64,000 nt of DNA from a virus, in IMG/VR virus record IMGVR_UViG_3300028898_000109, positions 1 to 64,000 of that record; one strand, written 5' to 3'. Below, in pieces: positions 62,083 to 64,000 of the stretch. The notes under the pieces were generated by a model that ran no database searches, was not told the DNA's origin, and was given only the letters and a program-made list of their open reading frames with translations. Numbering within the stretch: the first letter of the stretch is position 1; every line of letters starts with the position of its first letter. The position numbers and the translations under genes were made by a program.

Positions 62083-63955
62083 TGTATTCTTCCTCTCTAA
62101 GTTTATTAAATTCCTCAAAGTTTTGCTTTTGCTGGTAAAACTTTTCTCTTTGTACGTCCTGGGCTATGATATTTATTAAACTATCATCAAAGTAAAATAA
62201 AAATTTAGATATATTGTCACTGTACGTTCCACAATGGTACATTCTTAAATATTTTTTAGCTCTGGTTATGCCCACGTAAAATAGTCGTTCCTCTTCTTTC
62301 AAATTATCATTGTAAGGAGCTGGAAATACTTTATCTTTCAATCTGCATAGATGGACGCTATCCCACTCCAGCCCTTTTGCCTGGTGCAAAGTTGAAATAA
62401 CTACACCTTTATTTTCGTTAGGGTCATCCTTCTTATCAAGGGTTAATGCATCTAAAGCCGCTTGAATAGTTTTATATTTACCCACAAAATCAAGGAAATC
62501 TTTTAGTTTCCCTACTTTGTCACCCTTATCGTCATAATTCTTGCTAATAAAGGCAGAGCATAGGTCAAAAGTGTGGTTTAATCTCTCCTGCTTACTCTTG
62601 CTAGCAAACAATTGCAGTAACTTCCTATGCTCAAATGTACCAGAGTATTTAGTCATGTTGGCCAAGGCCAGAGGATTACTGACTAACTCCTCCGCATACT
62701 TATCAGCAGTTTTCTCCCCGACTTTGGGAATAACACAAAGAGTTGAGTGCATGTTATTAAATGTAGGCTTAGATGCGCAGCTTAAAATGTCAGAGGCTTT
62801 CCTAATGTATTTTGTCATAAAGTCATCATTACCGCCCCTAATGACATAAGGTATTTTTCTAGCTTTTAACTCAAGTGCATACTTGAAAGATATGCTCCTA
62901 ACACTCCTGCATAATATGGCTATCTCCTTGGGTGGGATGCCACGTTCTATATCGCGCTCAATAGATCGTATAATTTGTGCAACTTCAAGGTCTTCATCTT
63001 TTTCGGCATGTAAAATATAGAGAGATGGTTTTTGGAATAGTGGTTTAGTTGAAATCAAAGTCTCCTTTGCAAATTCTGGCATCCCACCAACAAACCCATT
63101 TGCCAGATTAATTATATCTTGTGAGGATCTATAATTGTACGATAGTTCGTACACTTGATCTGCTTCCTCGATTATCTCATTAAATAGTTCAGGTCGTGCC
63201 CCTCTCCATTCATAGATCGCTTGTTTCCTGTCGCCTACTACAATTCTATTTTTAGTAGTCAGAACATCTAGTAGTTGAAATTGTATCAATTCATTATCCT
63301 GGGATTCATCGGAAATAACCCAAGAGAACTTATTTTTGAACTCAGTATCGGTTTCCACATGAAATTTGAATTGTTCTAAAATATCCTGAAAATCAAATTG
63401 TTTTGTTTCCTTTTTAAAATTTACGAAATGTGTAGATACTTTAGAGAGGAACTCTCCAACTTTATTACGTGAAAACTCTACCTGATTGTTTCTATGGTAA
63501 TTTAATATGTCTGCTACAGTATCCTGGGACAGGTCAGGCATTTGGTCTACTAGAGTTTCCCTATCGTAGTTATCCAATTCTTTTCTGTAAAATCTCTTAA
63601 TCATGGAAGCACAATCATCCTCAGGCATTAAGGAAAAATCTAATTTTTTGTGCATTTTTAAATACGTATAGCCTAGCTTGTGGAAAGTTCCTATCCATAG
63701 CTTCTTTGTACTAGCTAGCTTTAATCTCTTTTTTATTTTTTGCTTTAAATCCTTTGCAGCCTTTTTGGTAAAAGTCACCACAAAAAATGAATCAAGTGGT
63801 AGACCAGTTTTCTCGTTTTTTCGAGCTATAAATTCAACCATAGTAGTTGACTTACCGCTGCCAGCGCCAGCAACAACCGCGCATTTACCGCTTTTGATGT
63901 TTATAATCTTAAGCTGTTGTTCGTTAAACTTTGTCATTACACTCTGCTGTTCCAA
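62075..63955 (-). CDS. UvrD/Rep/PcrA-family superfamily 1 helicase
   Basis: AGAGSGKSTT (Walker A), VISDESQD, YNYRSSQDI, TLHQAKGLEWD, FYVGITRAKK. Confidence 0.85.
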   Translation of the reverse strand: MEQQSVMTKFNEQQLKIINIKSGKCAVVAGAGSGKSTTMVEFIARKNEKTGLPLDSFFVVTFTKKAAKDLKQKIKKRLKLASTKKLWIGTFHKLGYTYLKMHKKLDFSLMPEDDCASMIKRFYRKELDNYDRETLVDQMPDLSQDTVADILNYHRNNQVEFSRNKVGEFLSKVSTHFVNFKKETKQFDFQDILEQFKFHVETDTEFKNKFSWVISDESQDNELIQFQLLDVLTTKNRIVVGDRKQAIYEWRGARPELFNEIIEEADQVYELSYNYRSSQDIINLANGFVGGMPEFAKETLISTKPLFQKPSLYILHAEKDEDLEVAQIIRSIERDIERGIPPKEIAILCRSVRSISFKYALELKARKIPYVIRGGNDDFMTKYIRKASDILSCASKPTFNNMHSTLCVIPKVGEKTADKYAEELVSNPLALANMTKYSGTFEHRKLLQLFASKSKQERLNHTFDLCSAFISKNYDDKGDKVGKLKDFLDFVGKYKTIQAALDALTLDKKDDPNENKGVVISTLHQAKGLEWDSVHLCRLKDKVFPAPYNDNLKEEERLFYVGITRAKKYLRMYHCGTYSDNISKFLFYFDDSLINIIAQDVQREKFYQQKQNFEEFNKLREEEYND

Positions 63956-64000
63956 ATATTTGCATTAAGAGATCTCCGACGGCTTTAGCAGAGACAGCCC

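Noticed and set aside
35720-63968. + strand ORFs inside the minus block (35720..36034, 36419..36604, 39780..40211, 41813..42043, 42367..42745, 45207..45805, 46522..47226, 48378..48641, 53261..53461, 59923..60114, 60574..60882, 60943..61242, 62541..62849, 63678..63968)
   Set aside because: All are antisense to longer minus-strand genes with recognisable motifs or better packing. 60943..61242 additionally runs antisense through the tRNA. 53261..53461 is only partly antisense; the rest of it runs through the AT-rich promoter gap.
1-64000. Prophage boundaries, integrase, transposase, terminase, portal, tail and lysis genes
   Set aside because: I found no recombinase, terminase ATPase (Walker A plus nuclease), recognisable portal, tail tube/tape-measure or endolysin motif in this window. 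14..973 might be portal-related by position, but I cannot support that from the sequence.

Overview
Gene-dense, visibly AT-rich DNA that reads as an internal segment of a large tailed-phage genome or a prophage interior. I found no rRNA, CRISPR array, integrase or transposase. Every credible gene from base 14 to 33427 is on the + strand and every credible gene from 33428 to 63955 is on the - strand, so two transcription blocks converge at about 33.43-33.60 kb. The + block holds head-morphogenesis genes: a candidate prohead protease (3418..4179), an 878-aa acidic repeat/zinc-ribbon protein (12161..14797), a small capsid-associated protein, an HK97-type major capsid protein candidate (15569..16684) with a clear terminator, and a truncated capsid-protein paralog (7753..8481). 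It also holds several methyltransferases, a RuvC-like resolvase, a LamG-like protein, two sigma-70-family factors and a metallophosphoesterase. The - block is a train of mostly small ORFs. It contains an RNA-repair set (RtcB, two ATP-dependent RNA-ligase-like proteins, a HAD 3'-phosphatase-like protein, an RlaP-type nucleotidyltransferase), a ThyX-like protein, glycosyltransferases, a cysteine phosphatase, a Lar-like protein, a UvrD-family helicase and one tRNA-Arg(UCU). The stand-out signal is that 15 otherwise unrelated + strand genes (4179..27735, three clusters) all begin with the same 11-14 residue peptide, M-[NK]-L-[SK]-x-L-K-[LIV]-G-Q-[ST]-hydrophobic. Their junctions look cassette-like, and a perfect 59-bp tandem duplication creates a leader-only mini-ORF. 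I read this as a candidate address tag (capsid-targeting or ejection type) on a diversifying effector repertoire, and I do not recognise it from any described system. All functional calls rest on motif recognition by eye; no searches were run.
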